NCBI GenBank assembly: GCA_046290225.1
Contig: JBKAGE010000052.1
Location: 11,512-75,511, forward strand
Direction of reading: 5' to 3'
Length of the DNA: 64,000 nucleotides
From: Bradymonadia bacterium
GTDB lineage: Bacteria > Myxococcota_A > Bradymonadia > UBA7976 > UBA1532
In this document: in pieces, positions 37,701 to 45,711 of the stretch
Numbering within the stretch: the first letter of the stretch is position 1
How the letters are laid out: each line of letters begins with the position of its first letter
The notes under the pieces: model-generated
The model's input: the letters and a program-made list of their open reading frames with translations, nothing else
Told to the model about the DNA's origin: nothing
Databases searched by the model: none
Made by a program: the position numbers and the translations under genes

Positions 37701-37879
37701 TCGATGCCCACGGCGAAGTTCATGGCGCCACGACTGGCGCTGATGCCGGCGTTGTCGCCGATGCCCTCGAGGGAGCCGGGGCCCTCGGGCAAGCTGACGC
37801 GGTCGTCGCTGACGCCGGTCTGGGCCAGCACCGGGGTGCTGCTGATCAGGGTGAAAGCGATGGGGCGTAGCCAGCGCAT
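31709..37879 (-). CDS. SpvB + FG-GAP + TcdB-mid + YD/RHS core protein (TcB-TcC-like fusion) with signal peptide
   Basis: Signal ending VLA-Q; SLPEGPGSLEG, P.LSI.YNS..S.G..GIGW (SpvB); DMNGDG repeats; PNLL..ITNGLG, FRGF (TcdB mid); YD repeats; RY...LGRW.SPDP and NPVQFQDPTGL; ATG 37879 after GGAG (track 37891). Confidence 0.9.
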   Translation of the reverse strand: MRWLRPIAFTLISSTPVLAQTGVSDDRVSLPEGPGSLEGIGDNAGISASRGAMNFAVGIDVPAGFPGITPNLSIAYNSGGSAGIMGIGWDMSVPFMERMTQWGLPKYTADDDFVANGGDQLVHVGEGVYRARIEGGFVRYLWIDRGDGTQGYWVAEQPDGIKMYFGATADGDLVDNARVSGRDGATFRYQLVEIVDSFDHRAHYSYQLRDGLPYLDSIEYTFVNGEARSKVTFEYEDRPDPLSDARSGANELISQRLAAVNVYSKETRMWRYDLGYEDEAISGGLSRLASLQRFGLNDEPHPVSYNFGYSKTLGAQCDTDGGVGCEDPYLVDMGSIGVGLSTGAATLVDLDGDALPDIVDTSRSGAHRIYKNQYTTDSHSFSAAIESATGDQNGHQLSSAYVQVLDANGDGRADMINVRTGEILYNLGEGDWSTVESLGGTASLPDFGDDFAGGDAELSNIRFLDYNNDRLIDVISSTFDTTQVYENQGESGFAIADGVEAIGSGFADSRLEMADMNGDGLQDPVILAPGQLTYRLNLGYGRWSSERVINDLPFNEAQIEFVELQDINGDSLDDLVIVLSDQLSFALNRAGDHFDDATVINSVGGQALPQRIDNTTVLFADMNGSGSDDVVWVTADGDVTYLELFPTRPNLLTEITNGLGLVTEVTYATSVQQMAAAEAAGEEKWAYTLPFAMIMADSIDTYDNYNGEHKRVSYTYRDAFYDTVEKQFRGFAEVSLTTEADDAQEGGMRVQRYDVGDTNRYLAGALMATEDYAISNGEAVPLMTTELAYDDCDVDEVPADTSWPVRYMCVVARENTMQERQSASAWVKTRVEYSYDGYGQVTETAQLGVIGIGDGACPAKTGQGYGAPSGENCEGDEMYITTEYATSDDWLLNLPARVSTAAERNSAASFGGEAQVTEFLYDGDDYAGLPVGQATIGLRKHARSQLSDGEWISTGRFRHDSDGNVVETWGPQATEGNGAYRIRESFDEEGLLVTASEQVLLDPEGQPYSLMREFTYDDIWGTVTGASSEITIVDGSAVTEATWSQVVYDNLGRVAARYRHGDPDGRPTVEYTYEYGDPVSALTQQFRSEQGAALPDRQVVSCLDGQGREIASLARVASGMYEASDYAIFNNQGALTAKYRTHTVADGACPNTPPELTPLRTTFDALGREISVVRTDASIFGEASFSRREYLPLSVAFHDVSDTDAASPFADTPTIRVQDGLGRDVSVEYTLTSGGESLVYSFEYDVRGRLAAVVSPAGERTTYTRDRLGRVVESASVDRGTQTFVYNEASQLVSETDATGRTVERSYDARGRLTGVWDAADPEGTLVQALYDLPSACPDDLCPNASGHRVGTLFPTHAGEGARWFTHDDRGRLVNTRTVIDGVPFELRVEFSNLDRETAMVMPDGTRLEFTRDGIDRVTAIEGFVDSATFTRSSLLDTMRLSNGVTVEMGYNAADLLDSQRVTGAEGALLDLGYTRNRFGYVTGIDDLQPVDGLAGQGALYTYDALNRLASATLDPAREAFEETITYGYDNRQNLVQRASTNTESASHLGALTYGADKPHAVISAGDRTFEYDAAGMMTQSGDNSLTWDHNGRLKAVQTPEGESRFWYAIETDRVIAEEGAHLRYAVSRHFEIEDGMAVTHVYLGSRHVASHETDALATAIFGDPAADDALNAGDAIALGGADDEATRRLLMASARAKTLQGEARVIFTHHDHTGNTVLTTDAAGEVVDRFAFDPHGVLRSGDDNSDARKAVDGFQRDSSTGLTQMGMRYADTALGRWTSPDPLFKGEPGAVAMSRPMEASNPYMFNLNNPVQFQDPTGLLGVHELGGQPAELARDNLTDQEINDMDWTGDHDGDIQTFEDAVTETETGLDESVRQLSRMQQSRAFDAEAAQNGLNNLDQMGAVGEEATQLRAEYQRTLNAAANPSQAETNLATQIRDARNTIAELRRRAQVARNAQNRQRNRVQAPPRGQPGAANGGVVAQPGAARNVAANRRVPPPPRRHYAAGRNAPAGPGAAAPPPPPPRNNGGNNGNNGGGAAAQPGAAPQGRARANNVNG

Positions 37880-37911
37880 GTGCCTCTCCAATTGATGGTC
37901 GATTCACCGCT

Positions 37912-37939
37912 GATGCGCCACGGGTGGGGGATTCCCGCA
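37912..37939 (-). promoter_or_regulatory. Bipartite motif copy 6 (TGCGGGAAT-N13-CGCATC)
   Basis: Minus strand TGCGGGAAT-cccccacccgtgg-CGCATC, 32 nt before ATG 37879. Confidence 0.7.
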
Positions 37940-38022
37940 GAAAAAAAGTGCTTCGCACCTTTGCGATGCCGAATCACATGTGGCTTGGGGGGAGTGTGCG
38001 CTGACTTGGGGAGAGGGCCGGC

Positions 38023-38277
38023 TCAGCTCAGAACTGCACCGGGGGTTTCGGCGACGAGGATGCGCTCGAGGGCTCGATCGAGGGTGGTGAGCTCTGCGGC
38101 GTCGATGAAGGCTTCGTGATCTGCCGAGAGTGATTGGAACTTGAGACGCATGAGTTTCTTGAGGGTCTCTCTGGCTTTACGAAGCTCGGCCTCTCGTGCG
38201 GCTTGGAGCTTGGCAGCTTCGAAAGCCTGCTTGTACTCCTCGGAGAAGGGTTCAGTGATTTTGAGATTGCGCAACAT
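38023..38277 (-). CDS. Putative internal in-frame small ORF (RpnS-like, 84 aa)
   Basis: AAGGAGGT at 38295-38288, 10 nt before in-frame ATG. Confidence 0.55.
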   Translation of the reverse strand: MLRNLKITEPFSEEYKQAFEAAKLQAAREAELRKARETLKKLMRLKFQSLSADHEAFIDAAELTTLDRALERILVAETPGAVLS

Positions 38278-38901
38278 GTGAGAAAACACCTCCTTGGCAA
38301 TTCGGGAGAGGCGCGCGAGCACCATGTCAGTGTAGAGATCGTATTTGTCTTCGTCGAGTGTGCGCACGACGGCGGCCGCGGCACCGGCGATCTCGCTGCC
38401 GTGGGCACCTTTGCCGTGCACGATGGTCGACAACAACATCAATTCGGGGTTGTGCACCGCGAGTTCTGGGTCGGTGACGATGGGGGTCTGTTCCGGTCCG
38501 ATCACAATTGGGTGGAACATGTTCCCACCACCCATGTGGATGGGCTGTCGAGCCCACCGGGCGACTCTGTCGGTCAGTGCGATGACCAGAACGGCCGCTT
38601 CACAGCGCTTTTTGAAACGTGCAGAGGCTACATAGCTGGGCCAACTGAACAGTTTGTCGTCGTCCGTGTCGAGTTGCACCTCGACGATGAGGGCCATCTG
38701 AGGCTCGCCATCGAGGGTGAGCGTCGTCGCCTCGTCTGCGTCGTAAGCCGCTGTCGTGGCCTGGGCCAAGTTGAGCTTGCCTCCTTGCAAGCCATCGTAC
38801 TTGGGCAGCGGCGGTTGCCCCGAGGCATGCCACAGCTCGACGGCGAGCTGTGGCCGTGTGGTGAAAAGCGATACGATGATCTCGTGCAGTACGCCGGGCA
38901 T
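38023..38901 (-). CDS. Rpn/YhgA-like PD-(D/E)XK protein, paralog 2
   Basis: Colinear with 15022..16080 (MPGVLHEIIV, YDADEA, IVEVQL, WPSY, MLRNLKITEPFSEEY); track ORF extends to 39009. Confidence 0.75.
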   Translation of the reverse strand: MPGVLHEIIVSLFTTRPQLAVELWHASGQPPLPKYDGLQGGKLNLAQATTAAYDADEATTLTLDGEPQMALIVEVQLDTDDDKLFSWPSYVASARFKKRCEAAVLVIALTDRVARWARQPIHMGGGNMFHPIVIGPEQTPIVTDPELAVHNPELMLLSTIVHGKGAHGSEIAGAAAAVVRTLDEDKYDLYTDMVLARLSRIAKEVFSHMLRNLKITEPFSEEYKQAFEAAKLQAAREAELRKARETLKKLMRLKFQSLSADHEAFIDAAELTTLDRALERILVAETPGAVLS

Positions 38902-39010
38902 GCCTCTTCCGATGTGGTGGTTCTGCCCCTGCGTACAGTTGGGGGTGCTGGATGATTCCGAGATTTTGCTCTGCGGAGCGACGTCTCCATGAAAAGGGGG
39001 TGGGCGCACG

Positions 39011-40081
39011 ATGGAGGATAAGCGCGAGCGAGGTCAGTGGGTCAGGCTCCTGTGCATGTTCATGTGCACGTTGAGCATGTCATGCGATGACAGTACGGAG
39101 CAGATGGAGTTTTCACCTCTCGAGATGTTGGTGGGTGAGTTCAAGGCGATGGTGCATCGCCCTTACCCCGAGTCTTACCTGGCTCGACTGCGACAGGCCG
39201 TACAGCAAGAGCAGATGAGAGCGGCCAACCTGCGACTTGGGGCGCACCAGTATCTCTATCAGCAAGTACACCTCCCAGACAGGCCATGTCAGCCCATCTA
39301 TTGGTCGGAACTCTATACTGATGGGTTCCAGCCCAATAACATTGACTGGAGCGGGTTGGTCGCGCCCTGCCTACATGGCGCTCACCTGGACTTCTCGTTC
39401 TCTGATCTACGTGGGGCAGATCTGCGTGGAGCGAAGCTTTTTCACGCGAGCTTTGAAGGCGCCAACCTCGAAGGGGCCGATTTGAGGGGCGTTGTTCTGT
39501 ATCACAGTGACTTGAGCCACTCGAACCTGCAGGGCGCGCGGATCGGCGCTGGCTATGAGTGGGTCTGCGTGGGGTCGGGCGGTTGTATCATCGGGGATGA
39601 GCGCTGTGTGTCTCGAACACAGGCGACATGGCTCTATGGTGTAGATCTCTCGGGCGCGAGGGTGGGTGATGCGCTCAACACTGTGCCCCAGGGCAACATC
39701 CCATGGGCCCGATTCGTCGGTACGGATCTGCGAGGCGCACAATTGGAGTGGTCAGATCTTCAAGGTATGGCGTTCGACGAGGCCGACTTGACCGGCGCGT
39801 CGCTGTATCACTCCGATCTCAACCGTGCCTCGTTTCGTAATGCTGTCTTGCATCGAGCCAACTTGAGTGGCGCTCACCTGAAGGGGGCTGACTTGGCGGG
39901 GGCGGATATGAGAGAGGCGGAGTTGCTGTGGGTCGACTTCGAGGGGATGGTTCTCACTGATACCAACTTGAACGGTGCCATCGTACGGAGAGAGCAACAC
40001 ATTCCGGACAGCATCACGAGCAGATACACACTGCAGGCTCACCCTGAGTTCACTGCTGTGTGGGTGTTGAATGCCAGGTGA
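39011..40081 (+). CDS. Pentapeptide repeat protein, probably exported
   Basis: ADLRG/ANLEG repeats; N-terminal hydrophobic segment ending SMSC. Confidence 0.85.
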   Translation: MEDKRERGQWVRLLCMFMCTLSMSCDDSTEQMEFSPLEMLVGEFKAMVHRPYPESYLARLRQAVQQEQMRAANLRLGAHQYLYQQVHLPDRPCQPIYWSELYTDGFQPNNIDWSGLVAPCLHGAHLDFSFSDLRGADLRGAKLFHASFEGANLEGADLRGVVLYHSDLSHSNLQGARIGAGYEWVCVGSGGCIIGDERCVSRTQATWLYGVDLSGARVGDALNTVPQGNIPWARFVGTDLRGAQLEWSDLQGMAFDEADLTGASLYHSDLNRASFRNAVLHRANLSGAHLKGADLAGADMREAELLWVDFEGMVLTDTNLNGAIVRREQHIPDSITSRYTLQAHPEFTAVWVLNAR

Positions 40082-40100
40082 GCGCAAAGCGGGGTTGGGG

Positions 40101-42140
40101 CTACTCCACCCGCGTCGAGTCACCGTCCACCACCGTCATGCGGTAGCCGTCGGCGAGGCGCCAGTAGCGCTCGAAGGCCTTCGTCTCGGGCAGATCCACC
40201 GCGAACATCTCTGCGGCAAAGCGGCTGCCCAGCGTTTGGTAGATCAGCTCGGCGGTGACCGTGTAGCCCAGGCCGAGGTTGGGCAGGCGTACCCGGTACT
40301 CGACCTCGTCGCCGCCGCCAACGAAGTTGTCGTCGCCCTGCACGCCACGTGGCCGGATCTCTTCAGGCACGTTGTTGTCGGACCAGCCCATGGGCAACAG
40401 GCGGTTGTCCTTCACATAGGCGTCGGCGAGCAGCAGGCGGTATGTGGGGTTGCCCTCGATGTCCACCATGGCAGGCTCGTAGATCTGCACCTGATCTTCA
40501 GCGCTGATGACATTGTGATGAGGGCTCGTCGGGCCACCTGCCCGCTCAGTATCGAGAATTCGGCCCGAGCCGTCGACGATGCGGCCGTAGCTGTCAGTGT
40601 CGCCTGAGGCGAACATCACCGTGCCGTCGGGCAACGTGATGATGACCTTCAAGAACGCACGGCGTGCGGGGAAGCCCGTGGGGAACTTGTGCCCTGCCTT
40701 GTTGGTCACCTGCACCTTCACCACTACGTCGGCGCCGTCCCACGTCGCAGAGGTGATCTCCACATCAGCGGTGTCGTTTTGCAGCTTGGCCCGAGCCAGC
40801 TCGATGGTGCGATCGAAGGCTTCACGGCTCGCCAGGGGCTGCAAATCGTCGGCGTGATCTCGCAAAATCGAAGGCACCAGCACGTTGCCGCCGATGAAGA
40901 CGTGTCGGCTCACCGGGCTGCGCTCTGGCAGGTTGGGGTAGGGCTCGCCGCTCGGCGCCCGGGCCAGGGTGGTGCGGACCGGAGATCCATCCCGCTCCAG
41001 ATCGGGCATGTGGCAGTCCTGGCAGGTGCGTGTGTCAGGGCCCTCGGCGCCTTCGTCGTTGTATTTGGAGTTACGCCACTCAAGGTAGGGCATCTGCTCG
41101 GGGAACTTCCGCTCGGTGAGCTCACCGCCGAGGTCGAAGGTGGGGGTCTCCAGGGTGTGGCAAGTCGAGCAGAAGCTCGACTCGCTCATATGCAGGCCCT
41201 GAACCGGGTTGAAGGCGCTGCGCTGGGCCATGGGGGCGCCTACCTGATCGTCGTAGGGTCCGTAGATGCGTCGCTGATCGTTGAGCGAGTAGTTGCCGCT
41301 GAAGCGAGCAGATGTGCCCAGACCATCGGCCTCGATCTGGTGGCAGACCGTACACGACACGCCATCGAGGCCTAGACTCGCGGCGTCACCCTCGGACCAG
41401 AGAGAGGCGACACGCTGTGGATCGCCTGCGCTGGGCACCGGGTCGTACATGACCATGGGGGCGTGGCAGGTCATGCATGTGCCTTCGATGAGAGCTGCAA
41501 ACGCGGGCAGGGCGTTGGTTTCGACGGCGAGCTCGGCGCGCCAGAAGGGGTCCCGGGCGGCGTTGGCCATCATGGAGGCTTGCCACAGGTCATAAGGGGC
41601 CACGGTTTCACCGCCAGCGGTGCGCAAGGCGTCAATGCCATCTGCGCTGGCGTGACACTCGGCGCACGCATCAGAGGTCACCACCCGGCCAGTCTCTGCC
41701 TCACCTGCTTCGGGGAGAGGTGCCAGGGCCGGGGGCAGCGGGCCCATGTCCTCTTCGGGGAACCGGGTGCGGGCATCGGGCATCTCGACGCCCATGTCGA
41801 GCATGTCGCCACCCATGCCACCCTCGGCACCTGAGCCCCCCATACCGGCCTCACCGCCAGCGCCGCCCATACCGGCCTCGCCGCCGGCGCCGCCAGGGCC
41901 ACCTTCGGCGCCTGCGCCGCCCATGCCGGCTTCGCCCCCCGTGCCGCCCTCACCACCATCACCGCTCATGCCGGCTTCGCCGCCAGCGCCGCCCATGCCC
42001 GCGTCTTCATCGAAGAGGCCTGTCGCGCAGCCTGAGAGGCCCCAGGACGCCACCAGGCAGACCATGATCAAAGTGGAAGCTCGGTGCAGTCGTTTGGAGC
42101 GTCGATCAGGGCGCATCACGGATCCGGTGGCGGAGGTCAT
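40101..42140 (-). CDS. Pentaheme cytochrome c lipoprotein
   Basis: CAECH, CMTCH, CTVCH, CSTCH, CQDCH; lipobox LSGC; GGAGGEAGM linker; N.AGHKFPTG..RR. Confidence 0.88.
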   Translation of the reverse strand: MTSATGSVMRPDRRSKRLHRASTLIMVCLVASWGLSGCATGLFDEDAGMGGAGGEAGMSGDGGEGGTGGEAGMGGAGAEGGPGGAGGEAGMGGAGGEAGMGGSGAEGGMGGDMLDMGVEMPDARTRFPEEDMGPLPPALAPLPEAGEAETGRVVTSDACAECHASADGIDALRTAGGETVAPYDLWQASMMANAARDPFWRAELAVETNALPAFAALIEGTCMTCHAPMVMYDPVPSAGDPQRVASLWSEGDAASLGLDGVSCTVCHQIEADGLGTSARFSGNYSLNDQRRIYGPYDDQVGAPMAQRSAFNPVQGLHMSESSFCSTCHTLETPTFDLGGELTERKFPEQMPYLEWRNSKYNDEGAEGPDTRTCQDCHMPDLERDGSPVRTTLARAPSGEPYPNLPERSPVSRHVFIGGNVLVPSILRDHADDLQPLASREAFDRTIELARAKLQNDTADVEITSATWDGADVVVKVQVTNKAGHKFPTGFPARRAFLKVIITLPDGTVMFASGDTDSYGRIVDGSGRILDTERAGGPTSPHHNVISAEDQVQIYEPAMVDIEGNPTYRLLLADAYVKDNRLLPMGWSDNNVPEEIRPRGVQGDDNFVGGGDEVEYRVRLPNLGLGYTVTAELIYQTLGSRFAAEMFAVDLPETKAFERYWRLADGYRMTVVDGDSTRVE

Positions 42141-42304
42141 CAGGGGTACCCAGGACAGTGGGAACTACACCATACAGCAATGCAGGTGCCGAACCTACCG
42201 CCGCCATGGTACGCAATTCTGACACAGCTTGGGAGGGGTCGGTTGTCACCAAAAAGTGATCCGCCCTCCAGAGCAATGTCCTCGAAACGGATCACGGAGC
42301 GCTC

Positions 42305-43144
42305 ATGTCCAGGCCCGCAGAGATTCTCTTCATCGACGTCGATGGCACCATCCACGGTGAAGGGGGGATTCACCCTCGAGTCTGGGGGGCGGTGGCGCAG
42401 GCCCAGGCGGCGGGGCTCCACCTCGTGCTGTGCACGGGGCGCCCGTCCTTCGGCGTGGCCAGGGCGTATGCCGGGCGGTTGAGCCCTGACGGGCCGCACA
42501 TCTTCGAAGCAGGTGCGTGCATCGCTGACGCCACGGGCCGGGTGATCCACGCTGAGCCTCTGGGGCCTGACTACGCAGAGATCATCGCCCTCGCCGAAAC
42601 GCATGACGTCATCGCAGAGGTCTTCACCGCCGACGGTCGCTATGTGGTGTCCCGACGCAGCGCCGAGGTGCAGGCTCACGAGGCCCTGTTGGAGACCGAG
42701 GCTGAGGTGGTGGCTGATTTGAGGGCCCTCGATGCCCCAGGCGCACCGCCCATCATCCGGGTGCAGTGGTTGCTCACCGAGTCTCACCCTCGAGATGTGT
42801 TCATCAGCTACGTCAACAACACCCCCGCTCTGGGACTGCATCTCGGGCGCTCGCCGTCGGTGCCCCACCTTCTGTTCACGGGGGTGACCCGGGCCGGAGT
42901 GTCCAAGGCCTCGGCGGCTCGGCGTGTGGCCGAGCGCCTGGGCTGCGCCACAGATCTGAGCACCTGCGCCATGGTGGGTGATGGGCTCAACGATCTCGAA
43001 CTGCTCGATGTGGTGGGGATGCCGATGACGCTGACCAATGGAGAGGCCGAGGTCATCGAGCGGGTGAAGGCCCGCGGGGGGCACGTGGTGCCCTCGGTGG
43101 ACGAGGGTGGGGCTGCGGAGGCCATCGCGCTGGCCTTGGGGTGA
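42305..43144 (+). CDS. Cof-type HAD-IIB hydrolase
   Basis: DVDGT, CTGRP, GVSKA, GDGLNDLE. Confidence 0.92.
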   Translation: MSRPAEILFIDVDGTIHGEGGIHPRVWGAVAQAQAAGLHLVLCTGRPSFGVARAYAGRLSPDGPHIFEAGACIADATGRVIHAEPLGPDYAEIIALAETHDVIAEVFTADGRYVVSRRSAEVQAHEALLETEAEVVADLRALDAPGAPPIIRVQWLLTESHPRDVFISYVNNTPALGLHLGRSPSVPHLLFTGVTRAGVSKASAARRVAERLGCATDLSTCAMVGDGLNDLELLDVVGMPMTLTNGEAEVIERVKARGGHVVPSVDEGGAAEAIALALG

Positions 43145-43166
43145 GCGGACGGCCGTCCGCTACAGA

Positions 43167-43604
43167 TCAGTGACGCTTCTTCATCTCGCGGTAGTCGGCC
43201 ATCAACTCGTCGAAGGCACGGAGCAGATCGAGGGCCGACAAGATGCCCACCAGCTGGTTCTCTTTGTTGAGCACCGGCAGGGCGCCGTACTTGTGCTCCA
43301 GGAACAGCTTGATGGCCTTGTGGATCGAGTCGTACGTGTGCACCACCTGCACCCGCTCGGTCATCACGTCGCCCACGCGCATGTCGTCGTCGAGGTTGTA
43401 GATGTGGGTGACGTCGGGGGCCTCATCCACCCAGTTCGGGCGGCGCAGATCACGGTCGCTGATGAGGCCGATGAGCGAGCCGTCGACGTCGACCACGGGC
43501 ATGTGCCTGATCTCGCTGCGGCGCATGGTGAAGAAGGTGGACCGAAGGCCGTCGGTGGCCCGGGCGGTGATGACTTTGTCGGTCATGTACTGGCTGATGC
43601 GCAT
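43167..43604 (-). CDS. CBS domain pair protein
   Basis: IRHMPVVD...GLISDRDL; YGALPVL...GILS..DLL; ATG after GAGGAG (track 43634). Confidence 0.92.
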   Translation of the reverse strand: MRISQYMTDKVITARATDGLRSTFFTMRRSEIRHMPVVDVDGSLIGLISDRDLRRPNWVDEAPDVTHIYNLDDDMRVGDVMTERVQVVHTYDSIHKAIKLFLEHKYGALPVLNKENQLVGILSALDLLRAFDELMADYREMKKRH

Positions 43605-43676
43605 GGTGACTCCTCTGTGTGTGTCCTGCTGCATGGCTGCGCAAAACCAGAGGCAATCGCCGTGCCAGAGTGATGC

Positions 43677-45608
43677 TCACTGGCGGGTGGCGCTGGCTTT
43701 CATGAACTTGGTGATGGAGGTGAGGGCGCCGTCGACGGCGGGGGCGTCGAAGTAGAACTGCATCTGGCCATAGTCGTTGAGCCAGACCGAGGTCTTGGGG
43801 CCCTTCAGCGCGCTGAGGAACCGCTTCGTGCCGTCGGGCACTGCGCCTTGCTCACTGTGCACCACGTGCACCGGTTGCTCGATGCTTTCTGCTGCGGAGA
43901 TGCCGTCGAAGGTGATCCACGGCTCCCAGCTGGCCACGGCGAAGCGGTTGTCGTAGCTCGGGCCGGCGCCGAGGGCGGGGTTCAGGTAGTAGTCGAAGAT
44001 GTTCCCCGGCACGTACATGGCGCTCAGAGGATCGAGCTCGCTGGCGGCGAGCACATAGGTCATCTCCTTGTCGTCCGACCAGCGGCGATCCGCCTCTCGG
44101 GAGGCGGCGATGAGGCCGTCGGAGCCTCCAGGGCGCATATCGTAGATGCCTCGAGCCATGGCCTCGTCGTGCAGCCACGGGGCCACGAGCATCAAGCTGC
44201 TGAAGCGGGGCTCTTTGGCCACGGCGTGGGCCATGTAGCCTGCGCCGGCGCAGATGCCGAGCCCCGAGATGTCGCCGATGCCCTCTCGGCTCGAGAGAAA
44301 CTCGAAGGCTGCCTGGATGTCGGCGATCTTCTGAGCAGGGCGCTCGAGCTGTCGGGGGGCACCTTCGCTGTCACCGAAGCCCGTGAAGTCGAAGGTCAGC
44401 GCTACGTAGCCTTCCGCGGCGAGGCGGCTGGCGTACACGTCGGGCATCTGGCCCTTCACGCTCGTCCAGCTGCCGGCGACGATCACGGCGGAGACGTCGC
44501 CGGTGCCGTCGAAGCCCTTGGGGGTGAAGAGGTGCCCCTCGAGGGTGTTGTCACCGCTCTTGAAGCGCACAGGGGTCATGGTGGCGCGCTCGATGGCTGC
44601 GCCGGAGGCGTGCACCGAGTGATGGGGCGCGCTCAGGCCGGGCCAGGACGCCAGCAGGATCCGCGGGTTGAAGTGCTCGACGATACGCTCGATGCGGCCA
44701 CTGTCATTGAGGTGGATCACGTTGACGTAGTGGTTTCGATAGGGCCCGTCGGGCAGCTGCACCTCGCCGGTCATGCGCACGAGCACCACCAAGTCATCGC
44801 CCGTGGCGTGATACGTGCGGGTGTAGCGCTGGGGGTGGTCGATGATGTTGCCGAAGAGGGCGGTGAGGTTGTCCTTGCCCTCCACCGTTTTGGGGAAGCC
44901 CTTGGGGGCAAGGGGCATCTGTTGGACGACGTCGTCGGCGAAGGTGGCCCCGAGGGCGGTGAGATCTTGCTGCTCCAGGGCCTTGAAGAAGGCTTCGACG
45001 GTGGGGTGGGGCGCCGCAGTGGTCAGGGCCTGCGGCGTGGCCTTCATGGCGAGGGCAGGGAGATCGGTGCGGCCACTCTGATCCCTCAGGGCGAGGTCGA
45101 TGCGGGCGAGCTTCCAGACGCCGCCGACGCGCTCGAATTCCGTGTCGTAGCCAGCGAAGACCGTCCAGTGCTCCATCTCTCCGTCGACGGGGAGCATGTG
45201 CACGGCGACACCGTCGAAGGTGGCCGTGGCGCGCTCCCCAGCGATGTGGACTGACACATCCGAGAGCTGATGTGCAGTGCGGGTGAAGCGGGGCAAGAAC
45301 CCGGACCAGCCGCCGACGAGCTCTTTCGCAGCCACGGCACCTGAGGGTCCACCCAGATCGGCGTAGTTCACGTGCACTGTGGGCTGCATCGCCCCCTCGA
45401 CAGCAGCCCAGCGGTGCTGGTCGACGCCGTGAAAGATGGTGTCGAGGGTGTCTTCGATGGCGCGGGTGTGGGTCATGGCGGTGGTCTCTTCATCTGTGGT
45501 GGAGGGTGCGTTGGCGGCTTTGGCGTCGTTGTCTTGAACTTGAGCGGTGGAGCTGTGAGCGCAGCCGTCGAGGGTGAGGCCGAGGCACATCAAAAGGGTG
45601 CGGTTCAT
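43677..45608 (-). CDS. Exported SnoaL/NTF2 x2 + alpha/beta hydrolase fusion
   Basis: Two NTF2-like segments, then GSWTSVK, FDFTGFGDSEG, GICAGAGY; start MNRTLL (track 45869 overlaps LysR). Confidence 0.8.
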   Translation of the reverse strand: MNRTLLMCLGLTLDGCAHSSTAQVQDNDAKAANAPSTTDEETTAMTHTRAIEDTLDTIFHGVDQHRWAAVEGAMQPTVHVNYADLGGPSGAVAAKELVGGWSGFLPRFTRTAHQLSDVSVHIAGERATATFDGVAVHMLPVDGEMEHWTVFAGYDTEFERVGGVWKLARIDLALRDQSGRTDLPALAMKATPQALTTAAPHPTVEAFFKALEQQDLTALGATFADDVVQQMPLAPKGFPKTVEGKDNLTALFGNIIDHPQRYTRTYHATGDDLVVLVRMTGEVQLPDGPYRNHYVNVIHLNDSGRIERIVEHFNPRILLASWPGLSAPHHSVHASGAAIERATMTPVRFKSGDNTLEGHLFTPKGFDGTGDVSAVIVAGSWTSVKGQMPDVYASRLAAEGYVALTFDFTGFGDSEGAPRQLERPAQKIADIQAAFEFLSSREGIGDISGLGICAGAGYMAHAVAKEPRFSSLMLVAPWLHDEAMARGIYDMRPGGSDGLIAASREADRRWSDDKEMTYVLAASELDPLSAMYVPGNIFDYYLNPALGAGPSYDNRFAVASWEPWITFDGISAAESIEQPVHVVHSEQGAVPDGTKRFLSALKGPKTSVWLNDYGQMQFYFDAPAVDGALTSITKFMKASATRQ

Positions 45609-45711
45609 AGGGCATCTCCTGTGGTCTTGCCCCTTCACCATCGCCACTGCGATGAACTGTTTGAAGAACAAATGGTGGACATGATTTGTCTGTAAATGCA
45701 CAAATTGGTGC

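Noticed and set aside
31742..37870. Long plus-strand ORFs 31742..34171 and 34226..37870
   Set aside because: Antisense to the RHS gene; no recognisable domains
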